A stretch of DNA of 64,000 bases, taken from Octopus vulgaris. Lineage: Eukaryota. The position numbers and the translations under genes were made by a program. Each line of letters begins with the position of its first letter. The stretch's first letter is position 1. The DNA lies in NCBI GenBank assembly GCA_951406725.2, contig OX597831.1, forward strand, positions 74,710,001 through 74,774,000. The letters are read 5' to 3'. Of this stretch, positions 40,553 to 54,390 are shown piece by piece. The notes below the pieces were generated by a model that was not told the DNA's origin, did no database searches, and worked only from the letters and a program-made list of their open reading frames with translations.

Positions 40553-41824
40553 TGTTACGGGTTTAACTAGTGCAGTGTTTCTGACCCACATAGGAATAAT
40601 GGCACCATCATGTCTGGTGAAAATGTGACAGTCTTTTGTCTAATGGAGGACTGATGGGTTTTGGAATGACCTGTGACCTCGTGTGGTTGATAAGAGGGTC
40701 AGTGAGAAGTGAAAGAAGAAGGACAGATTAAGGGAATCTGAGAGCAGATGGAGAGGGTATTGACAGTAAGAAAGGACAGGCAGAGAGTATGGTAGAGCTG
40801 TCTGAGAGAGATAGAGTATAAGACTAAGGGACAGATAGAGAGGGTAAGGGACAGTAGGCGATAGCGATAGAGTAAGAGCAGAGGGCAAATAGAAAGGATA
40901 AGCAGTAAGGGACAGATTGAGGATATAGATAGAGTATAAGGACCAGGGCAGTTAGAGAGGGTGTGAGCGGTACAGATGGAGATGAGGGAGTGGAAGAAGG
41001 ACAGAGACGAAGTGAGGTCTGGGCAGTCGTTGAGCGGTCGTCGAGGAACACAGACGGATCTTGCAGTCGCTGGCCGGTCCTCGAAGAAGACAGACGGACC
41101 TTGGATTTAAGGAGCAGGCGGTGGAATCTTAGGAGCAAGTTGGGATGCGAGAGAACTTGGCGGCACAGAAGGGAATATGTACAGGGGAATTAGCGGTACG
41201 GAGAGATGAGGTGCAGAATGGGACACTGGCGATTCAGTTGGGAATTAAGGTATGTGATTGTGTATTGATGCGTGTCACGATGTAAAGAGACGATGTAAAA
41301 GAAATGAACAGTGAAAAGAACAGTCAAGGACTTGTCGATATGTCGATTGTGGCATTTATGTTCAGAATTGTGTTGATATGTGTAGAAAAAGATTATAAAG
41401 AACTGTGAACGTTATCTGTTGATGTGATTTGGGAAAAGAACTGTGTCTTCGGACGTGTACCTTTGAAATACTGTATATGACTTGTTGTGTCTCCGGACTG
41501 TTATATTGTTACATGCTGTTGTATTATGCTTTGATCTGTTGTATGATGTGTTGAGTAGTCACGTGCATGTCTTCCTTTAAATGTCTGCCTTAAATGTATT
41601 TGATGTTGTAACCATTAATTGTCGTATAAACTGTTGTTTGAATATAAGCCAGTGTTGCCAGTTGTTGCCTTGCCTCTTTGGGTTGTATCTCGGGTTGTGC
41701 CTCTGTATCTCTGTGCTGTTGGGGTTGTGGCAGTATCTATCTGTATCTCCTCTCTCTGCCTCTTTGGGTTCCGTGGCGGAACTTGTGTGAGCCGTTCGGG
41801 ACGGGCGACGACGGGTGATTCCGT

Positions 41825-41828
<4 letters not shown>
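40553..41828. mobile_element. Probable solo LTR (or Ginger-like non-autonomous element)
   Basis: termini TGTTACGG...CCGTAACA, ATAT on both sides within a (TA)n tract, no microsatellites or SINEs inside, purine-rich internal direct repeats, no convincing ORF. Confidence 0.6.
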
Positions 41829-41892
<64 letters not shown>

Positions 41893-41906
41893 ATGTATAT
41901 ATATAT

Positions 41907-42302
41907 CTTTTACTCTTTTACTTGTTTCAGTCATTTGACTGCGGTCATGCTGGAGCACCGCCTTTAGTCGAGCAAATCGACCCCGGGACTTATTCTTTGT
42001 ATTCTATCGGTCTCTTTTGCCGAACCGCTAAGTGACGGGGACGTAAACATACCAGCATCGGTTGTCAAGCAATGCTAGGGGGACAAACACAGACACACAA
42101 ACATATACACACACATTTATATATATATATACATATATACGACAGGCTTCTTTCAGTTTCCGTCTACCAGATCCACTCACAAAGCATTGGTCGGCTCGGG
42201 GCTATAGCAGAAGACACTTGCCCAAGATGCCACGCAGTGGGACTGAACCCGGAACCATGTGGTTGGTCAGCAAGCTACTTACCACACAGCCACTCCTGCG
42301 CC
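41907..42302 (-). mobile_element. SINE family A
   Basis: near identical to 29686-30105 with a small internal deletion. Confidence 0.9.
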
Positions 42303-42304
42303 TG

Positions 42305-42390
<86 letters not shown>

Positions 42391-42468
42391 TATTATCACA
42401 TAATGTCGCAGATAATGGGACTTTATTTTCATGTCGATGCTTTCTTGGTTGATATTTCTCAGGTAAAT

Positions 42469-42855
42469 CGTTGCAGCACTCCGTCGGTTACGACGACAAG
42501 CGTTCCAATTGATCCGAATCAACGGAGCAGCCTGCTCGTGCAATTAGCGCGCAAGTGGCTGAGCACTCCACACACACGTGTTCCCTTAACATAGTTCTCG
42601 GGGAGATTCGGCGTGACACAGAGTGTGACAAGGCTGGTCGTTTGAAATACAGGTACAACAGAGAGGGGAAGAAAGAGTGAGGGAAAGCTTGTGGTGAAAG
42701 AATACAGCGGGGTTAACCACCACCCTGTGCTGGAGCCTCGTGGAGCTTTAGGTGTTTTCGCTCGTTAAACACTCACATCGCTCGCTCTGAGAATCGAAAC
42801 CGCGATCGTACGACCGCGAGTCTACTGCCTTAACCACTGGGCCATTGCGCCTCCA
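42469..42855 (-). mobile_element. SINE family C, full length
   Basis: reverse complement of 34086-34469; TSD ctcaggtaaat. Confidence 0.88.
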
Positions 42856-42892
42856 CTCAGGTAAATAATATGACTACCTGATCACACACATA

Positions 42893-43228
42893 ACTGGCGC
42901 TCCATCGGCTATTAGGGCATGCGTTCCACTCGGTCCGATGAACGGAACAGCCTGCTCTTGAAATTAACGTGTAAGTGGCTGAGTACTCCGCAGACACGCG
43001 TACCCCCAATGTGGTTCTCAATGAGATTCAATGTGATACAGAATGTGACGAGGCTGACCCCTTTGAATTACAAGTACAGTTCATTTTATTTTTGTAGGAT
43101 AAGTGTACCGGAGCATCGTGAAATAAAGTGTCTTGCTCAAGGACAGAACAGGTCTCCGATGGGAATCGAACGCACGACTTTTCGATCGCGAGTCGAATAC
43201 CTTTACCGACTAAAGGCACGCGCCTTCA
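42893..43228 (-). mobile_element. Older SINE family C-related copy
   Basis: aacggaacagcctgctc..gaaattaacgt..aagtggctgag...gggaatcgaac. Confidence 0.7.
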
Positions 43229-43712
43229 CTTACTAACAATAATAACAAACAACAGCAACGGTGAAGGTTTCCAGCGCGAGCAGACGACAGCAACAACGAT
43301 TACAACAACAATGACCAGACGACAGCAACAACAGCGACAACAACAACAACAGCAACAATTACAACAATAGATTGGGTTTAACTGGGTCAAACAATGCAGA
43401 AAATGAATCAGCTGACCCAGTTGTAAACAACAACAACAACAACAACAACACATCAATAACGATGTATTTACGACACAGACACGCACTAATACGTACACAC
43501 ACACGTACACACACACACACACACATATATAACATACGCACACATACACGCGTATATGCATATACATATAGTATGCATATATATATAGATCCATGCATAC
43601 GCGTACACATTTGCGTACATTCGTACAAACATGCATATACAAATGCATAGATATGCATAGATACTCATACACAAATACATACACACACAAACACACGCAT
43701 ATAATAGAATAC

Positions 43713-43788
<76 letters not shown>

Positions 43789-44171
43789 GCTTATATGCAT
43801 GCATTCGTACACCCTCATAGATACCTTCGTACGTATGTGCACCCAGATAGGCGTAAACAGTTACGTAAGTTCGTACGTTCATACATGCATGTGCGTATAC
43901 ACGGACGTACATACGCATTATACATACATTCACACAGACATATACACAAACTCACATGCCCATGGAACATATGCATGTATACGCGTACACACACACATAC
44001 CAAAATGGACGCTGACGGGCGTATATTAAATACTTGCAGATGTACATGTATATATATATATATACGCACGTACAGGCGTACATGCTTAGATACACATATA
44101 CGTTTACATACAAACGTGCATACACGCATGCGTAAAAACAAGTATATACATACATGCACGTATATATATGC

Positions 44172-44205
<34 letters not shown>

Positions 44206-45019
44206 GTATATATATGTTTGTGTATATATATATACATATATATATATTTATATATATACTTGCGCTCATACATACATGCATACATACATACATTCATACA
44301 TACATTCATGCATACGTACATGCATACATACATACGTACCTACCTACCTGCATACATACATACATACATACATACATACATACATACATACATACATACA
44401 TACATACATACTTACATTCATACGTACATACATACGTACGTACATACAGAGACACTCAAACATACACACATGAATACATACAACCATACAAACATACATA
44501 CATATATATACATACACGCATACGTACGTACATATATACATTCATACATACATACGTATACATACATACTTGCATGCATGCATGCATGCATACACACGCA
44601 CACACATACACATACACACACATACACACACATACACACACATGTCTCTAAGGACCAGGAATTCTGGGATTCCATGAGTCATTGTTTGTATAAAGTCTAA
44701 AGTTTCTTAACAATCTCCATAATGTAAAATGACGGAAACCGAGGGAGTGTGGAGGTGGGAGGGAAGGTATCGGACAGGGCAAGAGGAGGAGGAGAGAAAA
44801 AGAGGCAGAGAGAGAGAGAGAGGAAAACGGGGAAACGGATGAGAGGACTTGGAGAGGGAAATAAAGGTTGAAGGGAGGCTGGATGTGTGTGTGTATGTGT
44901 GTGTGTGTACACACATAGATGTTTGCGTGCACTCGTGCGTTTGTGAGTATCTGTGTGTGTATGTCTATATACAAACACATACACACACACATACATATTA
45001 TATATGTGTATGAGTGGGG

Positions 45020-45500
<481 letters not shown>

Positions 45501-46117
45501 TAAGTGAGAGAGGAGAGAAAGAGGTGATTAAGAGAGAGGGAGAGAGCGTATATAGAATGTTGAGTGATAAGGTGAGAAAGAGAGAGATAATACAAGAGGG
45601 TGGGGTGAGGTATTGAGATGAGAGAAACAGAGAAGGTGGATGTGGCGTTGGTTTAGATGGTGGTGGTGGTGGTGATCGTAGTTCGTGGTGTCAGTGGTTG
45701 TTGGCGATGGCGGTAGCGGTCGTCGTCGGCGTCGTAATGTGATGGTTGAGGTGGCGATGGCGATGATGATGGTGGTGGTGGTGGTGGTGGTGGTGGTGGT
45801 GATGGAAAAAAAAGCGGGTAAAAATATTCGAGATGTTAAGAGATATTTCATTAGATCAGACTGGATAGCAACTGGTGTCCATTTTGCCTTAGTAATTACA
45901 GGTCGACCTTCTCCACGTTGCCGTCGTTGTCGTCGTCGTAATGGTCGTGGCCATTGTTGTTGTTATTGTTGTTGTCGTCACAGTAGGGTGGAGGTGAGGA
46001 TATCGAGTTATTGTGGCGGTCGGTTCGTTACTGTTGTCATCAGCGTTGTTATTGTAATTATTGTTGCCGCTGTTGTCGCCGTCATCACCGATTTTATTGC
46101 TGTTGCTGTTGCTGTTG

Positions 46118-46476
46118 AGCGAATGGTCTTCGTCCCATTAGTGGGAGAAGTCCGAAACGTGGTCCTTTGTTATTCGTAAGACCCGCAGAAGAGAAACCAG
46201 GTCAACCCCCGACACCGAGAGCATCGACGGATGGATGAATGTGCATCCAGGCTCAGCGGTTGCGTAGGAAGTCGGGGACAAGAAACAAGAAGAAAGAGTG
46301 CGAGAAAGTTGGGGCGAAAGAGTACAACAGGGGTCGCCACCACTCCCTGCCGGAGCCTCGTGGAGAGTTAGGTGTTTTCGCTCAATAGACACACACAACG
46401 CCTGGTCTGGGAATCGAAACCGCGATCCTCCAACCGCGAGTCCGCTGCCCTAACCACTGGGCCATTGCGCCTCCAC
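46118..46476 (-). mobile_element. SINE with family C head and body but a different 3' tail
   Basis: 46290-46476 matches family C; 46118-46290 does not match the C or D tails. Confidence 0.8.
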
Positions 46477-46527
46477 TGCTGCTGCTGTTGTTGTCATCGT
46501 TGTTGTTGTTGTTGTTGTTGTTGTTGC

Positions 46528-46558
<31 letters not shown>

Positions 46559-46575
46559 GCTGTTGTTGCTGTTAA

Positions 46576-46795
46576 GGCAGCGAGCTGGCAGAGTCGTTAC
46601 TGCGCCGGACAAAAGGCTTAGCGGCATTTCGTCCGTCCTTATGTTCAGAGTTCAAATTCGGACGTGGTCGACTTTGCCCTTCATCTTTTCAGGAGGTCGA
46701 TAAAATAAGTACCAGTTGAATACTGGGGTCGACATGACCAACTCCCCCCTCCAAAAAAAACAACCCCTGCTGGCCTTGTGCCAAAATTTGAATCC
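46576..46795 (+). mobile_element. SINE family B
   Basis: ggcagcgagctggcaga...gagttcaaatt...ggccttgtgccaaaatttgaa. Confidence 0.8.
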
Positions 46796-47083
46796 ATTAT
46801 TGCGGCTGTTGTCTTCATTTTTGATGTGATTGTTGTTGCTATTGCTGCCGTATGAGCCGTTGTCATCATCACCGTCGTCATTATTGCTGTCGCTGTTTTT
46901 TTCTTATCACCGCCATCTTGCCATCAACCCAGTATCTCCCCCCCCCCCCCGAAACGGTGGGGTCGCAGCCTGAAAGGTTGTTGTTCTGGTGTCGATAGGT
47001 TGAGTTGATGCTTCTTGGCTTGCACGTAGAAATAACTGAACAACACACGCGAACATTTAGCAAAAGATTTATTTTATCGCATA

Positions 47084-47400
47084 CTAGCAGTATCGCCCGG
47101 CGTTGCTCGGGTTTGTAAGGGAAATAACTATATAAGCATTTTTAGAGAGTTACTTCCCTTATATAAACCGAGCAAAAAATGCATTAAAAATGCGGAAAAA
47201 TGGTAAATTTTTTTTTAAATCGTAGACTCATCGTAGACTCATCGTAGATGCGCGCTAATACTCAGAAGGGCTCGATATGAATCACGACTATAAGATACCC
47301 GCTTTTGGTTCAACTGCACCGCAAAATGTGGGAGTAGTTAGGAATCTAAATCGGAGGAGACAGACTCTCACACACACAACTTCAGTTTTATATATAAAGA
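47084..47400 (-). mobile_element. Non-autonomous Helitron, same family as 20875-21242
   Basis: minus strand A|TC...cccgagcaacgccggg...CTAG|T. Confidence 0.85.
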
Positions 47401-47814
47401 TAAAGACAAACTGCGTTGGCCTTTTACGAATACAAATAACAACAACAATAATCACACACCGAGTGGGAGATACTGCTTGCAGTTTATGGCAAGCTTCTGA
47501 TAAAGCAAAATGCAGCTGTCGCTTGCCGAGCTTACCTAGATACAATTGCACTACCTTTGTGCTGACCGATTCCTGTCATCTTCTTTGTACCATTTGTCTT
47601 AGCCGCCTTCCTGGATCGTCTGGTTGGTAAAAATGCGCGCAGAACAGTTTTTATAGGTGACCGAAAGCCAAATTCAAGAATGTTCGAGAAAACCCGTCCA
47701 TTCTATTGCTTCACGTTGATCAATCGATTAAGAGAACGATCATGTGAAACTATCATCGTTTACTCGTGCCATTTCATTATGCTAAACCCTTAATCCTTAC
47801 ACATTTTTATTTCG

Positions 47815-47990
47815 CTCTCCGGTTTTCTCGTTCTTTCTCTCCATTTTTCCCCCTCTTATCCCTTTCTGTCGAAGAATGTAGGGTCGAAACGTCCAAGACT
47901 TTTGCATTCTTCCCGAGCGTCAAATTAATACACCTGCTTGGTGTTTCCTCACCTGCCTTTGACTTTCGTTTTCTGTAATATTTAACTACA
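47815..47990 (+). mobile_element. Family H-related element with degenerate hammerhead
   Basis: cttt-CTGTCGA-agaatgtagggtc-GAAA-cg-TC-caag (47862-47897), then ttcccgagcgtcaaattaatac as in family H. Confidence 0.5.
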
Positions 47991-48015
47991 CACACACACA
48001 TACGCACACACGTAT

Positions 48016-48089
<74 letters not shown>

Positions 48090-48402
48090 GCACATACATA
48101 CATATATATGCATATATACACATACATACATATATATATATATTACATAAATGTCTTTTTAAAAATCAAGTCTAGGGATGTTTCCTTAGAAGAAGCTTTT
48201 TTTCGCTCTCAATAAATTTCTCGGTAACAAGGCAGAAGCATTTGTTATGATAATAGAAACTTTTTGTACTTCGTTCAAAATTTGAATCTTGTGCTTGGAA
48301 AATTTCAGCTCACCATACAAAAGTGAGCTGAAAAATAGAACTCGTAAACCCGGGGGTCTCGTAAAGCGGGTCCTCGTAAAGTCAGGTATTAATGTACATC
48401 AA

Positions 48403-48444
<42 letters not shown>

Positions 48445-48489
48445 AAGTCACTCTTAGTGCTACTGGTTACAAGCAACGTAGGACATTGA

Positions 48490-49140
48490 CCCGCCATGTA
48501 GTCGGACTGTCTGCGCCTTTCCAAATCTTTCTTCTTCTCACTTGGCCTTCCCATCTCCTTTTCACCCTAGACATTAAGCCCTGACTAAATTGTCACAACC
48601 TCTGCAGGCACATGGCCTAGTGGTTAGAGCAGCGGACTCGCGGTCGATGGATAGCGGGTTCAAATCTCAGACCGGGCAATGTGTGTGTCTATGAGCAAAA
48701 CACCTAAGCTCCACGCGGCTCCGGCAGAAGGTAATGGCGAGCTTCTGCTGACTCTTTCGCCGCAACCTTCTCTCACTCTTTCCTCCTGCATCTTGCAGCT
48801 CACCTGCGACGGACTGGCGTCCCATCCAGGTGGGGAACCTATACGCCAAGGAAACCGGGAAACCGGCCCTAATGACCTATGGATGGCTCGAGAAGGAACA
48901 AACAAATTGTCACAACTTCCGCGGCAACCGTCTTTCTTGCCCTTAAATATTTCCTCGACAGCCTTACTACTCTCGAACCGAGCACCTCTACTTTTCTCCA
49001 TCTCACCGAACTTGCCCTTATCTCAACTGCTTCTCATTTTCCAAAAGGTTCTACTGGCAGGTTGCTGGGGCAAGCATGGAGATGAAGGTGGCTCCCATCT
49101 ACGCCAACCTATTCTTTGTTCACCTTGAGGCCCAGATTTT
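48490..49140 (+). pseudogene. Penelope-like reverse transcriptase fragment, split by SINE D
   Basis: LLFTLDIKP (RT motif A-like), then after the SINE LALKYFLD..EPSTSTFLHLTELAL and FYWQVAGASMEMKVAPIYANLFFVHLEAQIF (decayed Q..G.AMG....P.YANLF motif B). Confidence 0.8.
48600..48903 (+). mobile_element. SINE family D
   Basis: head ggcacatggcctagtggttagagc...gggttcaaatc; tail cctgcgacggactggcgtcccatccagg...; 13-bp TSD aaattgtcacaac. Confidence 0.88.
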
Positions 49141-50398
49141 TACTTAATTCACTGAATTTACCCCAACAGTTTTAGAATTTATAACGTAAAATTTTAAAGA
49201 ATAATTTACTGTGTAGGCTAAACAACGATGATGATGATTATGATGGTGCCGATGATGATTGGTAATGATGGAGATGGTAACGAGGATGATGATGATGGTG
49301 AAGCGGATAATGGTGATGACGGTGATGGTGATGATGATGATGGTAGGGAGGAGGATGAAGAGGACGATCAGAACAATAATGATGATGATAATTAATGACA
49401 ACAAGGACGATGACGACGATGAATTGAGGATGATGACAACGACTACGACGACGACGACGATGATGCTGATGATGACTATGATGACGACGATGACGAATTG
49501 ATGACAAAGATGATGATAATGATGATCATGATGGTGATTATGATGATGATTATGACAACGATGACAGCAACGATGACAATGAAACATCGAGGGAGGAGCG
49601 TTATCACAGATTTTCCAACTTCCTGTCTCCGAAACAGAACCTCCCCCCAACCCCACTCCCACCCTGACCACCTCATCTCTAGATTGTCTGCTTTAGTTGC
49701 TTCAGTTGCATCATAAGCATTCTCTTGTTCTTTTGCATCATCTCCAAATCTGGAGATGATGCAACAACAACCTACGAACAACTGACGCAATCAATCGGTA
49801 GACATTAAAACCAACAGCAACAACATTTCGAACTTGTTAATGAAGGATACACAGAGTAGCAACCCAAGTTGGATTCTCTCCTTCGCTGAATGCCCTGGCG
49901 ACCCCGAAAACACATATTTTATCCAAACTTATTGAGTACTGAATGTATGTTTTTTCTTTTCTTTTATTTTATTTTCTTTCTCGTGCCCAAAGACTCATAA
50001 GACCAGTTATTCGGTTTCCACAACATTCCCCTGAGCAGGACGTTGTAGCATTTAAGACAGGGCCGGGTTTATATGGGTGCAGAGAAGGCAATTGCCCCGG
50101 GCATCTGAAAGATATTGGGGGCCCCCTGCACTCAAAACAGCAAGGCCCATCCACCTTCCAGCAATCAGGCATGAAGCGGATCTCTTTCACTATATAAAGG
50201 TATGTTGGTTTCTTTAAAATATCATGGATTCTTTTTTTGTGATAAATAACCATAGATTTTGTCACCTTAAGGACACCAATTCAATTAAAAAACAGTTTAG
50301 TACCCAGCCCCCAAAAGTAGCTACAATTCCTATGGGAACTGTAGCTGCTTTTGGGACAACAACAGAGAAAAGGGAAACAACAGAGCACTCCTGAACTT

Positions 50399-50438
50399 GT
50401 ATGTATGTATGTATGTATGTATGTATGTATGTATGTAT

Positions 50439-50470
<32 letters not shown>

Positions 50471-50646
50471 TGTATGTATGTATGTATGTATGTATGTATG
50501 TATGTATGTATGTATGTATGTGTATGTATGTATGTATTATATGTATGTATGTATTATATGTATGTATGTATGTATGTATGTATTATATGTATGTATGTAT
50601 GTATTATATGTATGTATGTATGTATGTATTATATGTATGTATGTAT

Positions 50647-50678
<32 letters not shown>

Positions 50679-50770
50679 TGTATGTATGTATGTATGTATG
50701 TATGTATGTATATGTATGTATGTATTATATGTATGTATGTATGTATGTATATATGTATGTATGTATGTAT

Positions 50771-50802
<32 letters not shown>

Positions 50803-50936
50803 TGCATGTATGTATGTATTATATGTATGTATGTATGTATTATATGTATGTATGTATGTATGTATGTATTATATATATGTATGTATATATGTGTTATATA
50901 TATGTATGTATATATGTGTTATATGTATGTATGTAT

Positions 50937-50968
<32 letters not shown>

Positions 50969-50990
50969 TGTATGTATTATATGTATGTAT
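50399..50990. repeat. (TATG)n microsatellite with recurring TATTA interruptions
   Basis: direct inspection. Confidence 0.95.
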
Positions 50991-51155
50991 CTGTAAATGT
51001 ATGTGTTTGTGTGTGTGTAATTATAAATGTATATAAAGATAAAGAAATTGATAGAAAGAAGTTATTGTCTCTCGGTCAAATTCCTTCTTTCGACGTATGA
51101 CTGAACAATGACCTTGGCTTGACCGATTGAAGTTAAAGGTACAAACATACACACA

Positions 51156-51232
<77 letters not shown>

Positions 51233-51829
51233 TTCTATTTCTAAACCTACTTCAGTGAGGCATTGAAAACTGGTCTTATTTCTTGAAACAAGTAAAGAAA
51301 TATGCTCCAAAATATAAATTTTGCATTTAGTTTTATTCATAAGATTTCATCTCTCAACAGATAAAAGCATTCTTTTTTCAGCTTTAAAATTTTTGCGTAT
51401 GTATTCAGATGTTTGTCATTAAATCAACCGTTTTTCTTTCTTATTTTCTCTTATATTTTTCGTCATTCTATCAAACACTAGAAAATCACAATATGGAAGT
51501 GGGGCAAAATTGGTAACTGCGTCAAAATGAATAATTTCTAATTTCTTGTTTTCTTCCTACCTGTTTGAAACCATTATATCGCAATTATCGCATCCCCGTT
51601 TTGTACCATTGGGAATAAAAATTGGTCAGTTTTTACGTAGATGTTGAAGTTGAGAATTTGAAACATAAATGATTCGGTACTTTTTTTTCCAGAAATTTTT
51701 CCTCAAATTCGCCCCGATTGTAATTGAGGCAGCCCAAAAAATTTCTGGATAATAATTGGTGCTTAACTATCAATATGCTTTCTTTTTTTGGGATTTTATA
51801 TCTATTTTTTTTTTCAAACCAATATCTAA

Positions 51830-52388
51830 TTGTATATTGAAAAGTCTCTGGTATTTGGGTGCGGTTGGAATATGATACCTATTTCTTTATTACCCACAAG
51901 GGGCTAAACGTAGTGGGGACAAACAAGGACAGACTTACGTATTAATTCGATTACATCGACCCCAGTGCGTAACTGGTACTTATTTAATCGACCCCGAAAG
52001 GATGAAAGGCAAAGTCAACCTCGCGAAATTTGAACTCCGAACATAGCGGCAGACGAAATACTGCTAAGCATTTCGTCCGGCGTGCTAACGATTCTGCCAG
52101 CTCGCCGCCCGGTTGGAATATGATACCATACACCAGATTTGAAGTTCTTAGCAATATTTGTAGTGACTTACATAATCAGAGAGTGGATTAAACTAGATTA
52201 GCTCCTGTTTGCTTGTTCTCTCCTTGTACGGATTAAGCATGGGATCGTCCATATAGATTAACATCTCGCTGTGTTGGCTGGAGCCTCGTTGGCGGTTCCC
52301 TTGTCGAAAATTTCAGGGCACACAGCAAAATTTCCTGCTTGATACTGGATAGCTAAATTATAACTAGAGAAGATTGGACTTCATGCAG
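51830..52388 (-). pseudogene. Penelope-like thumb/linker fragment (duplicate of 55299-55622), split by SINE B
   Basis: collinear with 55299-55622 once the SINE is removed. Confidence 0.7.
51880..52109 (-). mobile_element. SINE family B, full length
   Basis: 18-bp TSD cggttggaatatgatacc; empty site at about 55331-55349. Confidence 0.92.
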
Positions 52389-52462
52389 TTTAAAAAATAC
52401 AATGTCTAAATTGGGGCAAAACGAGTAATGACAAATTTTAGTTATTACTTCTCTTCAACTGC

Positions 52463-52881
52463 TTACTCTTTACTCTTTTACTCTTTTACTTGTTTCAGTC
52501 ATTTGACTGCGGCCATGCTGGAGCACCGCCTTTTAGTCGAGCAGATCGACCCCGAAACCTATTCTTTGTAAGCCCAGTACTTATTCTATCGGTCTCTTTT
52601 GCCGAACCGCTAAGTGACGGGAACGTAAACACACCAGCACCGGTTGTCAAGCAATGCTAGGGGGACAAACACAGACACACAAACACATACACACACATAT
52701 ATATATATATATACATATATACGACGGGCTTCTTCCAGTTTCCGTCCACCAAATCCCCTCACAAGGCATCGGTCGGCCCGGGGCTATAGCAGAAGACACT
52801 TGCCCAAGATGCCACGCAGTAGGACTGAACCCGAAACCATGTGGTTAGTTAGCAAGCTACTTACCACACAGCCACTCCTGC
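52463..52881 (-). mobile_element. SINE family A
   Basis: near identical to other copies; (tactcttt)n tail. Confidence 0.9.
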
Positions 52882-52902
52882 TTGGTACATTAATATATAT
52901 AT

Positions 52903-53209
52903 TTTTTTGTTTGTTCCTTCTCGAGCCATGCCTGGCTCACAGTGACCGGTTTCCCGGTTTCCTTGGCGTATAGGTTCCCCACCTGGACGGGACGCCGGTC
53001 CGTCACAGATGAGCTGCAAGATGCAGGAGGAAAGAGGGAGAGAAAGTTGTGGCGAAAGAGTAAGCAGAAATTCGCCATTTCCTTCTGTTGGAGCCGCGTG
53101 GAGCTTAGGTGTATCGCTCATAAACACACACCGCCCGGTCTGAGATTCGAACCCGAGATCCCTCGACCGCGAGGCCCGCTGCTCTAACCACTAGGCCATG
53201 TGCCTCCAC
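52903..53209 (-). mobile_element. SINE family D
   Basis: reverse complement of 48600-48903; TSD acattaatatatatat. Confidence 0.88.
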
Positions 53210-53869
53210 ACATTAATATATATATATGGAAGAAAGCTACTCCAGCAGATCGTGAAAAAGCTATAGAGAATATCTTATATTGAGCTTTTAAATTTAGTTG
53301 AGTTTCATTAACTTAATATCATGTGCTATTTTTCCATGATCCTCTCTCATTTGAAAAAGATGTTTTAAATTTTCGTTGCATTTTTTATCTTTCTGGTGTC
53401 TAAGGATGGATTTTTATGTGTATGGATCCTCTTTCGAAAGTAATGCTGGAGGACTTGTCTTACTCGTTTTGCACCGCCTAAATTTGTCTTTTATTCATTA
53501 CTATTTTATTCGGGTGGACCCCCTCCCCCCAGTCATTCAATGTTTAAAAAAATTCTATCATATTTTTGTAATTAAATATTAGAAACTGAAAAAAAGAAAC
53601 GGTTTTAAACATTTTACGAATTGTAGAAATACGACCAAATTATTGGGCATAAATTTTAAGAACAAAATCTTATATGGATCCCATTTGAGAACCACTGGTC
53701 TGAATTACAGTTGATTCGTGGTTCGAATCTCGCTGGGAGCTTCCCATCTATTTTTTCTGTTAACCTTCTCTGTTACATGCAGCTATTTATTGCTGGATTG
53801 ATATTAGAGATACCTTGGTGTTGAAGTTAAAAGACAAGGACACCAGTATTTAAGACAAACCATGCAGTG

Positions 53870-54180
53870 GGAAGGGGAGACAACCAACTGCAATCACTGA
53901 CACAATTCGAATTGATTTCCGCCGACAGACGTCTCACAATCCGTGAAGTTGCTGCACAACTGGACTGTGGTCACAATACACAACAAAAGACAGTGGAAGA
54001 GTTTGGATATCGGAAAGCGGGTGCAAAGTGGGTACCTCGGCAGTTGACACTCGATTTGAAGGAGAAACGAGTGGATGACATGCTGGATGCGTTTAAAGCC
54101 AGCGAAGACACGCTCTTGTTCGATCTGGCAACAGTGGAGGAAACGCGTGCGCATCCTTATAATCCGGAAACAAAGTTATC
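53870..54180 (+). pseudogene. Mariner transposase fragment (HTH2 to first catalytic motif)
   Basis: DRRLTIREVAAQL..GYRKAGAKWVPRQLT..TVEETRAHPYNPETK (cf. WVPR/WVPH and TGDETW..Y.PE.K). Confidence 0.8.
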
Positions 54181-54219
54181 AGGTCGTAGTATCATGATGA
54201 ACATTATAATACAAGACGT

Positions 54220-54390
54220 GAAATAAAACTAGCGATAATGCCCTAAAGTGGGGGAAGTTATATCTTAGGTCTCTACACTTCCAAATAAAGCGAGACAAAG
54301 AAGGAGTTTTTATTCGGTCCTTGGAACTAAAGGAGTTCAGATGAGATCAAAAAATCATCCTAATTTCAACGCCAGACATCACATGTTTTC
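54220..54390 (-). pseudogene. Penelope-like GIY-YIG fragment (second copy)
   Basis: shares gtctctacacttccaaat and aaggagttcagatg with 54970-55045; translates to HLNSF...IWKCRD. Confidence 0.6.

Noticed and set aside
46125-46172. Stem-loop followed by GAAA-cgtgg-TC in the antisense of a SINE tail
   Set aside because: No CUGANGA core before the stem; half-motif only
50058-50340. cagggccgg hAT-like left terminus
   Set aside because: No matching right TIR or TSD found
53500-53697. Right end of an hAT MITE (ttgagaaccactg) similar to 23693-24006
   Set aside because: Left TIR and TSD not identifiable, so boundaries are unsupported
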